Assembly: GCA_965113315.1 (NCBI GenBank)
Contig: OZ220368.1
Direction: 5' to 3' (one strand)
DNA length: 64,000 nt
Origin: Podarcis vaucheri
Lineage: Eukaryota
The number at the start of each line of letters is the position of its first letter. Position 1 is the stretch's first letter. The position numbers were made by a program, and so were the translations under genes. This document shows positions 1 to 55,333 of this stretch, one piece after another. The notes under the pieces were generated by a model that was not told the DNA's origin, made no database searches, and was given only the letters and a program-made list of their open reading frames with translations.

Positions 1-519
1 TTTAAGTTCCTGGCTTATTTGAAATCTGCTAATGACCATTTCCTATTTCAGCCAAAACAGGCAACTATGGGCAGTTAACTTAATGTGGTACAGCAAGAGT
101 GGGTGCCGTGGGGACCAAACTACAGCACACTGAGAGACTGGACCACATGCATGTGCTTGGTCACTTCTCAGCTTAGCTAATAAAGATGAATTATGTTTTG
201 TAGTATTGCAAGATGCTGCCTATTTCTAAAGTTGAATTAATGTGTAGTGTACAAACTTTAAAGTGAAGAAAAATCTGTTGGCATCCAATAGATCTTGTCT
301 GCTTACACAAGTAGTACACCAATTGGGCATGGAGGTAAACAATTCCCTCCCTGCTTGCTGCAATGCCCCCTAAATTGGGTTTAAAAAGTCCCCCAACCCT
401 TCAGAACAGATTTAGGGATGTGTGGTACTGCAGGGGGGGAGTAATGATACCTGCCTGCCTCCCTATTCTGCTGGTGTTTTCTTTCTGTCAGCCGACAGTT
501 ACAGTAAAACCTGTATAAT

Positions 520-3300
520 AATTAGCCTAACAGTAAGAAGGGTATAAAAATAGAATGACACCAGGGGGGAAATGCAACAGAGAAGAAATGAGCTTATATT
601 AAAGGAGGACAAGAGGATGCTTGCTGAGAGGAGAGAATTCCATGCATCAAGGGCCAGGGGAGTGAAAGAGATGGCATCTGCACAGGAAATGGCACAAGGA
701 AATGAAGGTTTAATAATAATATTATCATTTCATGAATGGAGGGAGAAAGGAAAAAGTAACTAAGACAGATAAGGGGTAAGAGCAGGAAAATACTTGTAAA
801 TTGAAACTTAATTGGGTCAGTAAAGGAAGACTATGAAGAGAAGCACATGGGCTTGTGTTGCATGTCATGCTAAGCCAAATAATGGTAAAGCATAAACCTA
901 GGGGTTCCCACAGGGCAGATTCTGGCCATTTTGCTCCTCTCCAGTCATTTCGCTGCTGTGTAGTGCTGTGCTAAACCATAGTGTGGCTTATCATGTCATC
1001 TGAAGGTTAAGCTCCCTCCAGACTAACCATGAACTGTAACCAAGGTTTGTCCTATGGCTTAGCCGATTTATAATTAGCATATTTAAAGGACTACATGTTC
1101 TAATGATCTCACCCACTTATTGAGGTTCCTCGGGAGGTCCTGTTCTGTGTTCCACTATTGCGGCTGGGAAGTGCAGTTGGGAATGTGGAACAATGCCTTC
1201 TCAGTTGTAGCAACCAGGCTCTGGAACTTCCTCCTTCCCCTGTTAAGTTTTCACCACTATTTTCTGTCCTTTAACATGTCCTTTAGTTGCCCCTCCTGTA
1301 TTTGGTAGTTTTGATGCGGCTGACTTTTTCTGTGGCTGTTTTTGCTTCATTCTGTGCTGCTCAAAATTTTATCTTGTCTGTCTTTTCTTAATAAAGCAAC
1401 ATGGTTTTTGAAAATTCTGCTAACTTTGTTTTATTGTATGCTATTTTGAGGATACCTTAAACAGAAAAGCGGTTTTAAAACTTCAGTTTACACACAGCAG
1501 AAACCAGATTGGGAAGTGTCAAAAGGGGAATTGGAGAAACAAAACTGAGGCATTGGTTGTTGAAGTGTAGGAATGAAAGAGAGAACAGAAAAAGAATAAC
1601 AGTTCTAGGGAGGAGGAGGATTCAGAAGGCTTTTTTAAGTATCAGGGGAAGTAGCATACTGTATATAAAAGCAAAGGGAACAACACCAGAAGAGAGAAAG
1701 AAATGGAGAAAAGGATGGGGAGGCAGGGACAGAACAAGAGATATACAGAAGGGGTCGGGGCAGGGTAGAGGAACACTGGATAAAGTCAAGAAGTAGTGGT
1801 GGGTTTAGCTAAAGAAGAATGTTGTCAGAAGCAGAATATAGAGAATAGCAAAAGGAGGATGAAGATTCGGCAAGAATGATGGAGAATTATATCAGAGTAT
1901 TGCAACCCAACGAAGAAGAGCATAGTTAAAGAGAGCACTTTTACTGATAAAACTAAGGCGAGATGAGTAATATTGCTTGGAATTAAAGCACGTGAGCAAA
2001 ATGAAAGCATGAATTCATAATGAGTGGAGTTACTGAGATTTGCAGAGATGTTCAGCAGCTTTGATGTAGGAATAAAAATAAGATAAAAAGGGAGACTGCT
2101 AAAGTAGAATATCAGTTGTATGATGGAAACCAGAGCAAAATAGTCTAATGTGTGACCATTCAGAACACAAAATACACAACTGCAGAATAAGGAGATTGCA
2201 AGAGAAAAGACTGATGAGTTCCCACAGATATCCAAGTGTAGAAAATGAAGTTCTCAAATGGTTCAGAAACTTTGGGACATGTCCAACACTGCAGTTCTGC
2301 TAGTGCAGTAAACTTCTGCTTGTGCAGCAGAACTTTCCCCATCTCCCCAACTCTCAAATCCACTTCAGACAGCTGGAGCACTCTCTGGAGCATATTTTTA
2401 GGATGCACAGGGGGAGGAAGAGGAAAACATGTTGCATTAGTGCACAGTGTTGGATACACCCCTAGAGGAAAAATAAAATGGAAGAAATTAAAGCAAACAA
2501 AATGATTTGAGAGAGGAAAATGAGCAGAATGAAGACTAACAATCAATTCATTTCTTCATATTGCAAGATCTAAGACTGAGTGATGAACCTTTTTTGGTCC
2601 AAGGGTCACATTTCCTCATTGTCACACCCTCCATTCAGGGGTGTTTAGACCAAAGATGCCATGATCACACTGCATATCCTCTGCCTTCCTGCAGCTTAGC
2701 TGATCTGTGAAGATCAACAGAGAAGCATGGAGTATTTTATTTCCCATTGTGGTGCTCAGCTGGGCGGAGAGGTTTAAACCACTCTGCCCTGCCCAGCACT
2801 GTGATGCTACCCTCCAGCTCCCAGCCCAGTTTACCATTGGTAATGATCCTGAACAAAGCTCCTTTCCTCTAGCCACCATTGGTCTGAGCAGATTGGAGTT
2901 CTTAGGAAATGTCTGAGCACTCTATACACTTTATGGAGCACTTGGCTCAATGGTGGCTGGTGGAGTGGCATTTCATTCTGTGCCACTGGTAAACCAACTT
3001 GGGGACTAGCAGACATTAAAAACAAAAGACTAGGCAGACTATAGTCTTGTATTGCCAACGCAAAATAAATTGGTGTATAGAAGAGTGGGTGAAAGCAAAA
3101 GAACTTGTGTGAGGAAGTGCTGAACAAGATTCAGAATGTGAGTCAATGTGGATATTGAAGTTGCTAAGAATAAGAGTGGGAGTGGAGAAGAATGAGGCAA
3201 CTGTAGACTCAAGGATCACAGTAGCTGGCTTCAAAGAGAGAAGGTGATGACAGGCTTAGCTCTCCTGTCTACAACTGACTCCTCTCATCTGAGAAATGCA
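520..3300 (-). mobile_element. Old, fragmented L2-clade LINE ORF2 relic interrupted by other repeats
   Basis: Minus-strand remnants occur in the expected order: an APE endonuclease-like PTLILSNFNIHID (cf. GDFNIH) near 3150-3190, an RT-region SQSGF near 1500-1515, and a C-terminal AWNSL near 630-650. The + strand is purine-rich. Boundaries are approximate. Confidence 0.6.
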
Positions 3301-4566
3301 TATTGCAAGTAGGACAACAAGTACAAAGCAGAAGAAACTTTTTTTAAAAACAACCCCCCCCCGGTAAATGTCTTAATTTCCTCCCCCACCCTGGACCAAA
3401 TGAATATTCTTGCTCTAAGTCTACTCCTGCTCCTTAGTGATCCGCTGGAGGTGGGACTGCTCTCTCCTTGTCAGAAGGCGGCATTTTATACTTCATTATC
3501 CTGAACTAGTTGGAATGTCTACCATCCTAATGTACAGTCCTTCTGACAGAGAAGTGGCAAGCATGTGGCCGTTTCCTATTCTTCCACACAGGAAATTTCT
3601 GGCTGTAAGCCATTTTCTTGTCCAGGAAATAAAAGTTGATTGCTTAGGAAGTGTGTGGGAGTGGAGGATATCCTTCTGAATGTATCAGCTTTGTTCTGAG
3701 TACAGTACTTTCTCTGTTTGTGACAAAGGTGAAAGAATATATTTGTGGGAGGAGGTTATACTGCTAAAGGGTTTTAGTTCAGCTTCCCCCCACCCCTTTG
3801 GATAAATGTTATTTATATACATCTCCCAATTTTATGGCAGTCCTGTTTGAAAGGCCACTTTCTGCCAACTCTTTCCTTTTGGTGCTGAGTGGAAGATAGA
3901 CATCTATTCAAGAGAAGAAGAAAATCTATTTCACTACTACAGATTTTTCTTTTAGACTTGTAGGGGAAGTAGTACTTCTGATACGTTTCCTTCTCTAATA
4001 TACATGGCCAAGCATAGTGAGCAAGCTTAGATACACTTGGGATTAGGGGCTGGCGCTTCCAGATCGGAAGATGCAAGTTCCAAGGATTCCTGAGTTCTGC
4101 CACTTCCATTTTTAGAAGTTAACCAGTTTTATGTCAACATAGTGACTGGCACTGAAGGGACACAGCTTATTAGTAGTTTTTGAGACAGGCTTTCTTAATG
4201 TAGCATGTGTACACGCTACTCAACTACCAGAATCACAGAGGTATCCTTTTGCATAAGCACGTGAAACGCAAGATGAGCTGTTTGTGAAGTTCCAGGTATA
4301 TAACCTACTGTAATACATTTGGTCACTGTTCTACATTTTCCATGGATACAATGCATCATTCATGAGGTTCTGCTGATCATTGCATAGACCACGTCTAGCA
4401 TAGTGTAGGCCAGGATCCTCAAACTTTTTAAACAGAGGGCTTGTTTGAAAAATATATGAACAAATTCCTATGCACACTGCACATATTTTATTTGTAGTGC
4501 ACAAAAAATAGGGAAAAAATACAATATTTAAAAGGAAGAATGATTTTAATCAACACAAACTTATAA

Positions 4567-4632
4567 AAATTAATTTTTTATATTTTTTTATTTTGACTGT
4601 GTCAGACCAACACGGCTACCTACTTGAATCAT
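4567..4632 (+). mobile_element. Short Penelope-like terminal fragment nested in the hAT element
   Basis: The motif gactgtgtcagaccaacacggctacctac resembles squamate Penelope ends; it is flanked by the direct repeat AAACTTATAA (4557-4566 and 4633-4642). Confidence 0.55.
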
Positions 4633-4647
4633 AAACTTATAAGTATT

Positions 4648-4888
4648 TCAATGGGAAGTATGGGTCTGGTTTTGGCTAATGAGATGGTCAATATCTGGTT
4701 CCATATTTGTCACTGCTAGTCGTAGCAAGTGATGCAAGTGTTCATCAGTTAGTCTGGATCTGGTTGGAGATTTCAGATGTTTCATTTGGGGAAAAGTCTG
4801 TTCACAGACATAGGTGCTGCCAAAGATGGTTGCAATTTTGAGTGCATGGTTCCTGAGATTAAGAAATGTCTCAGAAGGGAGAGATGCA
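4648..4888 (-). pseudogene. hAT transposase C-terminal dimerisation domain fragment
   Basis: Manual translation: ASLPSETFLNLRNHALKIATIFGSTYVCEQTFPQMKHLKSPTRSRLTDEHLHHLLRLAVTNMEPDIDHLISQK, which carries the hATC signature (FGSTYxCE...RSRL). Confidence 0.9.
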
Positions 4889-7130
4889 TCGAAATTAGTG
4901 GGGCTGCTTGATTTGATTGCGTCTCATTGGGAGTTGCGAGGAATAAATGCGGAGGGCAAAAACCACAGACCTTGAGCTCTGGGAGAAAAAATGTGGGATG
5001 GAAATTCAGTAACTGCTCAGTCCCACTTTGGGGGGGGGGCGGGATTCGGATGAACCCATACCCATTTTTTTTTCCAAAGCCTGCCTCCGTCTGGGCTCCT
5101 CTTAGATGGCAGGCAGACGTTTACTCATGAGCAACCTGATGCCGAGAGGGGAAGCGCACCTTGGATCACAGCCCAGCCCCCGAGCACTTTTCCCAGGACA
5201 AATACTCGCTAGGATGATGGTGGCCATCTTTTTCCTTGGACATAATCCCCAGTGGCCCCAAGGGGGGCTTCCTCATGAGTAAGCACCAGAGCCCTGCGTT
5301 CCTTGTAAGCGACCTTCTTCCCCCTCCATGCGTAGCTCACCATCAGTGTGGAGGCCACCGCAGGCGCAGGAGACAGAGGGCGAGCCTGCCCAGAGGAGGC
5401 GGCAGCTGGAGCCACTGAGCTGGACTGCAAGGACAACAGCGGCCGGGGCTGGATCGGGTGGCATGCCACAGCGGAGAGGGTGATGGAGCTCAGGGCACAA
5501 GCAAGCAGCATGGTGGCTGGGATCGAGGGAGGCGAATATACTTGGGGAGAGACAGGCCAGGAGGGGGAAATTCTGACCCGCCTCGTTCCTTCCCGTCTGC
5601 TCTGCTTAAAGGCACAATGGTTCAAGCTCTCCAAAGCACGTTAAGTCTCCTCAACAGCTTCATGGCGGGTTCTGCAATGGCCGGGTGGGCCGGATTTAGG
5701 ACCCTGGCGGGCCGTAGTTTGAGGACCCTGGTGTAGGCCATGCTACACATGCATTATAGCTTTTATATGCAGCACTCTTATTAGAAACAATGTGCCTTTA
5801 TTCCAGCATTGTCTGTATACAGCAGATTCACTGCCATATTATCCCATTTTAATAGCTTTCCTGAACTATTAGCTAGTGTTTCTTGTAAGGCTTAAAGCCA
5901 AAACAAAGCAGCTCTTTATTTATTTATGGCATTTATATACCACACCTCATAAATATTCCAGGGTGGTTTACAATGCACTTCTATATCTACATTATACTAA
6001 AATTTCTATTTCATTTTCCCGGTCCAATAGCGATGGCTTAAAGGGGTTAACGGTATATAGCAAACCACATCAAAAGCAACAATAACCACAACCCCTCTCA
6101 ACTGAAATACTCAAATGACATATGTAGACTGAAAACAGCAGAAAAGAGCCTTCATTCAGTCTCAATATGGCAGCAACTGCATCTTCCCATATAGTCTCTC
6201 TGAAGTTACTTCACTGTGGGCAACTAAAATGGGTGCCCCTTCTAGCTTTTGAGAAGGGTTTACTTGTATAGGCCTTTGTGGCTAGAAGGCGGAAACCCAG
6301 GGCAGTAGCAAGGGGGAGAAGAACCAAGGTAAATGTGGCAGGTGATGTGCAACTGCCTCCCCAAGTGCAATACTGACTTAACATACAGAATGAAGTCTAT
6401 CTCCTAACCCTAGCCTGCTCCTTAGCATGCACTGATTTCATGTGGGGTGCTTGGAGTTGCCTCCGTGGGATACATGGTGCACTGCTGTCTCTTTGAGGTT
6501 CAACTTCCTTTTTCTGTGCTCCCTCTTCTGAATATTTTTCAGTAATGTGAAGCTAAAATGTGTGATGAGACCCAATCACCATGGCAAGCTTGTGGAAGTG
6601 CATGGCTTTCTGCACAGAAGAGGTTTCGAGCAGCTTCTGTGTATTAGTCAGTTCATGCGAGGTGGCTCTTTGTTGGTCTGAGCGATAGTTGAGAAAGAAG
6701 TGCCAGTATACTCTGGCACTACAATAATATTATTGCACTCCAGTGTTGTCAGTTGCATGAACTGTTTCCCGTTCCAGTTGGCCATAATAGGAACCAAAGT
6801 TACAATCTGGATAAAAATGGAAAGTAACTATTAAAAGCACATCCTTAAGTGTCAGAGAGGCTTGCTGGTTCTGCTTTCCAACTAAAGCAAACTGAATAAT
6901 AAACCATGGTGAGCGGAAGAGTTATGTCAGCTGATAAAAGTTCAAGGGGTGGCAAAATAACAGCAACTTCTGTACTGCAGGATACGCATCTGCACAAGAA
7001 AAACTATACGTTTCATTGGGCTAAGGGTTGCACTTCTTAGTTATATTTTGTGAAAACAGTGTCCTTTGTAACCAAAGTAATATCAATTAAAATGAATTTT
7101 AAGTCTTTTTTATCCTTTCCCTCCTTCCAG

Positions 7131-7160
7131 GTACAGTCTACTCTGCAGTATAGAGGCATT
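7131..7160 (+). other. RALGAPB: 5' UTR part of the first coding exon
   Basis: A polypyrimidine tract and CAG acceptor end at 7130, followed by 30 nt before ATG 7161. This implies an upstream non-coding exon that I did not identify in the window. Confidence 0.8.
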
Positions 7161-49067
<41,907 letters not shown>

Positions 49068-52000
49068 ACCAATATCCTCCCTGAACAATTAGATCAGAGC
49101 TTGGTGTCTACAGTAATGGGGGGGGGGGACCCTTTCCCACCCTGCAAGTCCTGTATAAAGAAACCACAACCTGAGCATGACTTCTGCTTCTGCTGCAAGG
49201 AAGAAATGAGGACACAATATAGGCACTTTCCCTGAAAACCAGCTTCACTCCATCAGCTGCTGCAGAGGGACAAACTTTCACCATCAGTCACTATTTAGTA
49301 ATATGTAGTGGATGTGTAGTAGAGAGAGGGGGGTTGACTGCACTTCTCATAGCTTTCTCTGTTGACATAAAATGCCAGATTCTGAACTAGCACCTGAAGT
49401 TTGATACTTGGCTTCATAGCAGGTTGGGTTCAGGTGCATTTTTTTCCAGACAGAGACCATGAAATTGCAATAAATTATTTTGCTATATCTTGTTTGGTTT
49501 GCTTTCCCACCTGCAAGCAGGCCTATTTATTTATTTTTAGCCCCACCCAGAGGCTCCATTTCTGATTCTCCTCCTCTAGATCCAAGATGCATGTACCCAT
49601 GGGTCCGTTGCTCAAAGTTTCTTTGCCTTTGTAGGTTGCAAGCACCCTCTTCCTACTGCTGGCCAGTCCAGGATAAAAGCTCTGGGGTCTTGGTGAGGGA
49701 TGGGGAAGCAAAGAAGGTTGGCTCTTTGAGCTAAGGATGGTCCATTGAAGTCAGCTTTGAGACAAAGAAAAGCCTGTTTAGTGGTTTATCCCAATTGTAT
49801 TTATGACCAGTACATAATTTCACCTATATCTTAGGAATGCTAAAAATGTGATTTCTCATCTGACCAGTCCACCCTTATAGAAAGAAGTGAAATCCTTGTC
49901 CTGGAAAAGGTGCAATCAGAATGTATGTCCATCTCTGCATGTAAGAACTAGTTACAACCACCCTATTGTGAAATCTGATTTCTGAATTGCAAATGTTCTT
50001 TACAGAAAGGGATAGATGCTTCTTTTCATGTCCCACAGTTCGTTCATTCATTTTACTGAAAGAGGTGGGTTTCTTTTTTTTAAAAAGGAATTATTCAAAC
50101 CTTTGCACACCATAGCTGTCCAATGTCATTGGAAGTGAAGACCCATGCAAGTTAAATGTAAGGTCATTACAAAGTGTACTAGAAATTATCTGATAATTGT
50201 TACAAGTGTTTGAAATTAAATGGTTTCATCCTTGCTTTGCACTGATATCAGTCTGGAACCATATATTACATGCATGGCTTCTGCCCAAAACAACCAGCAA
50301 CGTTGTTCCCACCCTTAACATCTAGTAATACAAAGTCATGCGGCTTCAAATTTCCCTGGTGTTCCTCCACTTCATTGGCTAATGTGTGTTGTATTACTGG
50401 ATGTTACTGGAGAGGAAAGAAATAGCTACCCTGTGCAGATTTAAAGAATAAATTATTAGATCACTTGGTTTTCTTGTGCTTGATACTTGGATGCAAGGCA
50501 GGGTACCATTTTCTTAATAAAACCTTTATTGAAGCTGATAAAACCTTTTAAAAATCTACCTGCACATTTTATAAATGGAGGCCGTGTTTTCCAAAAGGGA
50601 ATCCAGAAAATAATGCTTTGTGCAAGAACTTTCTGGATAGCTATTAAAAAAAAAGTCAAATTGCATTTTCAGAAATAAATAAGAGATACAAACCTAGTCC
50701 ACATTTATTTGGAAACAAGTCCTACTGATTTGAACATATTTGATTCCTAGTAGGCATATAGTATGATATTTAAGCAAGCAAGAATTAAGTTCCTAAGTTC
50801 CCAACACAGTTTACGTTTGAGGTTTTTTGATGGTTCTCTTCTCTTTTTTTACCATCAGCCTTGCAGATTAGCATGCTTTGCTTTACTATTGCCTAATTGC
50901 AGGAAGTTGCTGGAACGTGTTCAAGGATAAAATGTGAAGAATAACTATTTAGAAGCAAACACTCCCAAGATCAAGATGATTCACTTCATAGCAGCCCCTT
51001 AGTATTTAAGATTCATCATTGGGGAGCCAGTATAATATCCTTACAAGTCTTAACCTAGTACTGAAACAAGGCTGAGAAATTCTAGAGCAAAATTAACTCT
51101 TGATTCTTCAGAAGCATATATAATATTAATAATAATGCAAGTGGCTTACAATTGACAATACCATTTTTGTTTTGCTTTAATTTGTTCATTTTTGCTTATG
51201 GAACACATGGCCAGTAGTCTTCTGAAGCAAGTGAACTACTCTCCCAGTGTTAGTGAAACACAAGTTGGTGGGCCTTTTCAATGTCTAAAATTAATATGGT
51301 CTGTTCAGTTTCTGTGCCCAGGTGGGCCCCCAGCATAGAATGTAAATGCCAGCCCTTTTGCTTTTAAATACAGCATTGGAATATCCTTTGAAAAACAGTT
51401 GACTTCCACTTGTCTATTTATTTATTTTTTAAATACCCAGTGTTCCCAGTATGCATAGCATGGAACTTTGAAAACTTTTACCTGTAACTGATGTGTTAGC
51501 CATAAAAGACATGACAGCTTTTGTTTAGTTAAAACGTTTACCTTTCTCAATGTTGCTATGCAATCTGATACTTGAGGGCAGGAAGCAAACTGTCCATTAA
51601 TAGAGCGTGCAAAAGTAAGTTATATTTTGACTCTTTGAGATCCTGAAGAAAAGCTCTTTTGAAACTGGCCTACAGCAGCAGTATTCCCCTATATCTTTTG
51701 ATGTAGTTGAATTATGACAAAGAAAGCAGAGTGGCAAGGTCTGGAGCAATTGGCGAAGGGCTTAGCAAAAAAACTTGGTCGCTTTTGATGGATTTCCAGT
51801 GAGGCTATGTGTGTTAAAGCTAATCTTTGAGGCAGTACTTGCTTCATAACTGTTATAGCAAAAATATTTTATTACACAGCACTCCTCTGAGAGGTGTACT
51901 TTTTGTTCATAAAAGCTGCCAGGGTGGTCATTTAAAAACCCTAAAGAGCTTCCTGGTTTCTTAGGGAAGATTAAACAATGGAGCCTGCTGCTTACATTGA

Positions 52001-54290
52001 ATTAGCATGCTAGCATCTTGTCAGCTTGTGGTGTGGGGTCCACATATGAAAAATAAGGGCGCATCATAAAATCACTCTCAAAGTCTGGCATGTTTAGCTG
52101 TCCTGCTTAATTGATGCACAGATTGGAACAGCAAATAGCACTGCTAGTGGGGATGCAGGTTGTTCTGATACTTGCATAGCAGTTACTTAGTACTGAACAT
52201 TTGCCAGTATTAACCTAGTGCACGAACACTAAACTTAATTGAACTCTCTTAGATACTGTTCTGATCTAGATGATGATCTGTCACATTTAGTCCATGGATT
52301 AAATGGCACAACCAATGCATGCGTACCACAAGAGCCGTGTAATAAAAGGTTGAGCAGTTGGGCGACTGCATATAGAAATCACTGGTTTGAACCATGTATG
52401 TACTTTGGGTGAAGCCATTAGTTTGTTTTAAGTAATGACCTGCCCAAACCATCCTTTTGAGTTACACAGACAGGACAGAAATGTATTAAATCTACAACAG
52501 CTTTTGAACTGGGTTAGAGGCATGGCCCAGTTTGGTGTTCAAGAGTTTAAATAATTTGCTTTTAATTACAGCCTCTCATGTTCAAAAACGTTCTGTTTAG
52601 AAAAGGAATTTCAGTTTGTTAAACTCTGCTGTGAAAATAAGGGTTGTATGCTTGTAAAGGTCTCCCCTCCCCCAGGAACTCCTTTCTATTAAGCCAGTGT
52701 ATTCTTGCCCCCAGGAATTTACTTCTCCAAAATTTATAATTTGCTTGATGCAGCCTTAACTTAAAAAACCCTGCTCTTGAGCAGACATGCTGCCCTGAAT
52801 CCACATTTGTATTATACTTACTTTTTCTTCCATTGGGTACTTAACACCACACAAGTGGACTTGAAGTTGTGGCCTAAATCTGCATGCAGGAATTCTTTTG
52901 ATTCTGTTAATAAAAATACTACGGAGGGAAATAACAGCAGTGATTTCTCCAAACAGCACTGAGCAATTAATGGAAATGTGTAAGGGCTCACTTTTGCTGT
53001 GTTATCCCAAATGTGTGTGATGTGGTCCTTTGGTACAGATGCTGGTTGTCTGTTTTTGTATGTGTGTAAATGAGAAGGCTTCCAAGTGCACTGATAGCTT
53101 CCTGTCCCCTGTGCAGAACTATTGACTGGCCAATTAACTGCAATACAACGTTCTGTCTAGAGCTCTCTAAACATGACTGCCTTTGAAAAATTGGTTCTTT
53201 TTAGGTCAGGTTGAGGCATCAGGCTTGTAAAACTCAATATAACATTTAAATTTCCAACTTTTGTTTTGGATACCATTGCACAGGATAATCAAAAGAATCG
53301 AAGTTTGTAGACCAGGCTTGGTTCTTAACATTTAGGTTGCTTGTTTCCTATTACTGTTTCCTTTGGGTATCTTAACTACCATGTATTATTTGTTTTCACT
53401 CTGGTCTCTTGAAGAGATGAAATATTAGGGCTGCAGTATTTACCACATAAACACATACAAGGGTTGTACTCAAGTCCTCTTAATAAAGCATCATACACTT
53501 GGAAGTTAGTCATCTTCACAACAATTTCAAATCAAAAATGTCAGTTTTAGTACCTTTTTGATAGTTTCCATTTAAGAAATATAAAGCACCTTTAAGCTGG
53601 TCCTTCAAATATATTTTAAATGTAAAGAAAAAAATCAAATGGGGAGGGAGCTGAGTGGAATCATGTCTGAAAGAGTAGCTATTTTGTATGGAGAGCAGCT
53701 ATAGAAAACGCAGCTTGCTTCAGGTCCTCAGTACCAGCCCTATTTTCTTCAGTGGGTCATAAGCTGTTAGGAGTGCCTTGAGGATTGGACTGCCCATTAT
53801 CTGTAGCCGCTTCCCAGGAGGGAAGTATACAATTGTCATGCAGTGTTCATAATATTTAGCCCAGGTGGATTATAGAACTATAATTCAACATGAATAGTGA
53901 ACAGAAGTACATCACGGTGATGGTTACACAATTGATAGAGTGCATCTTTGAAAGACAACTGGGTTTTTGCAGGAGTACTTGGAAGGAGATGGCTAGATAC
54001 CATGTGCTTAATCATGTACAATTGTGTATAAAGTTCTGTATGTTGCCAAGACATGATCTTTTTGTTCTTATTGTATTTTCTGTAAATATTCCTACCACTA
54101 AGTTGTAAAGGCAGACTGTAAATACAAAGATGTGAAGCTATGTTCCTCTGTCTCTAGTACTTTATCTCTTGTTTAGGGAAGGCACAAAGGCTTGTTTGTA
54201 TTTATGCCAACTCTTTGTCTAGAAGAAACACATCAGATCTTGAATGTAACACAATTAGTCAAATAAATTTTAAAGATTATTCTTATGTAT
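49068..54290 (+). other. RALGAPB: Probable long 3' UTR of RALGAPB (about 5.2 kb)
   Basis: AT-rich, with no TE I could recognise. It ends in a UGUA-rich block followed by AATAAA at 54262 and a GT-rich downstream stretch. Several proximal AATAAA are also present. Confidence 0.6.
54262..54267 (+). terminator. Probable distal polyadenylation signal AATAAA
   Basis: Canonical hexamer with multiple upstream TGTA motifs and GT-rich sequence at about 54281-54315; TEs resume after it. Confidence 0.55.
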
Positions 54291-55011
54291 GAAGCTGATG
54301 GTCTTCAGTGTGTGAGCTCCTTCTCCTGTTATCCTTCATATACAAATAAGAATGGGGAATTGCTTAGTGTCTACGGTGCTTCCAGGTGTTGCTGTTGGCA
54401 CCAATGGCAGTAGCATAGAAATTATGGAAGACAAAGATATTTCATTTGGGAATTTAAACTTCCTATCCCTTTTTTTTTTAATATGATACAAGAACACAGG
54501 GAAGACTTCAATGCCACTCTTCTGATCATCCTGTTGGCACAAGCAATTCTGCTTGCCACATGGGACAACCCCCACACTCCTCCCCCCTCCCCAATTGTTC
54601 TCGAGCTTTTCCTGACCTTCCAGAATGGATTTGGGTGAGGTGGGAGAGGCAGAGAAGGAGGAGAAGCCCTCTTGCACTCTCAGGAGCCCTTGTGCTGGCT
54701 TCTGGTAGCACATTGAGTTAGCTGAATCTGGGCCAACAGAGCCCTGCTTGCTCAGGCCAAAGGCTCAACTACTCTCGCATTCTGTTCTCAGATCGGTCAA
54801 CCAGATAACAATTTCTGTCCTGTCTGTGCTCATAATTATATCCTATTATATGGTAGAGTTACATTAGTAATCTCTTTTTAAAAAACCTAAAAAGGAAGGT
54901 GTGTGCAGCCTTAATAGGGCTGAGGCAGGAAGCTAGGTATTATCTAAGAAGTGATTTCACAGCAAAGACAAGATTCACAACAGGGACTTCCTCATTCATA
55001 TTAGATGTTAC

Positions 55012-55333
55012 AACATAGGAAACTGCCTTATGCAGAGACAAACCATTTGGTCCATCTAGCTCAGGCATCTCCAACCTTCAGCCCTCCAGATGTTTTGGAC
55101 TACAATTCCCATCATCCCTGACCACTGGTCCTGTTAGCTAGGGATCATGGGAGTTGTAGGCCAATACCTCTGGAGGGCCGCAGGTTGGGGATTCCTGTTC
55201 TAGCTCATAACTGTCTACAGTAGCAGCTCTCCAGAGTTTCAGAGAGGAGGCTTTGCTGGCCCTGCCCGGAGATACCCATGACTAGACCTCAGTCCTGAGA
55301 GCAAGGCATATGTGATGCCCACTGAGCTAAGGC
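55012..55333 (-). mobile_element. Squam3-like tRNA-derived SINE, interrupted by a MITE
   Basis: Contains acataggaaactgccttat...ggtccatctagct and ends ...cactgagcta (tRNA head on the minus strand). Family assignment is from recall. Confidence 0.65.
55062..55197. mobile_element. Palindromic hAT MITE (URR1-like)
   Basis: TIRs CAGGCATCTCCAACCT / AGGTTGGGGATTCCTG; TSD (A/T)TCTAGCT; GGACTACAATTCCCATCATCCCT core. Degenerate relatives lie near 7580-7700, 22990-23095, 37325-37360 and 44165-44250. Confidence 0.85.

Larger units (their letters stand above)
4411..5730 (-). mobile_element. hAT/Charlie DNA transposon, OC1 (OposCharlie1)-like internal deletion derivative
   Basis: 15-bp TIRs CAGGATCCTCAAACT / AGTTTGAGGACCCTG (one mismatch); perfect 8-bp TSD GTGTAGGC at 4403-4410 and 5731-5738; transposase remnant inside. 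The OC1 assignment is from recall of its subterminal sequence. Confidence 0.9.

Noticed and set aside
5080-5736. GC-rich region with several overlapping ORFs, considered as the RALGAPB promoter/first exon or a separate gene
   Set aside because: It lies wholly inside the TIR/TSD-bounded hAT element, and the ORFs have no recognisable homology
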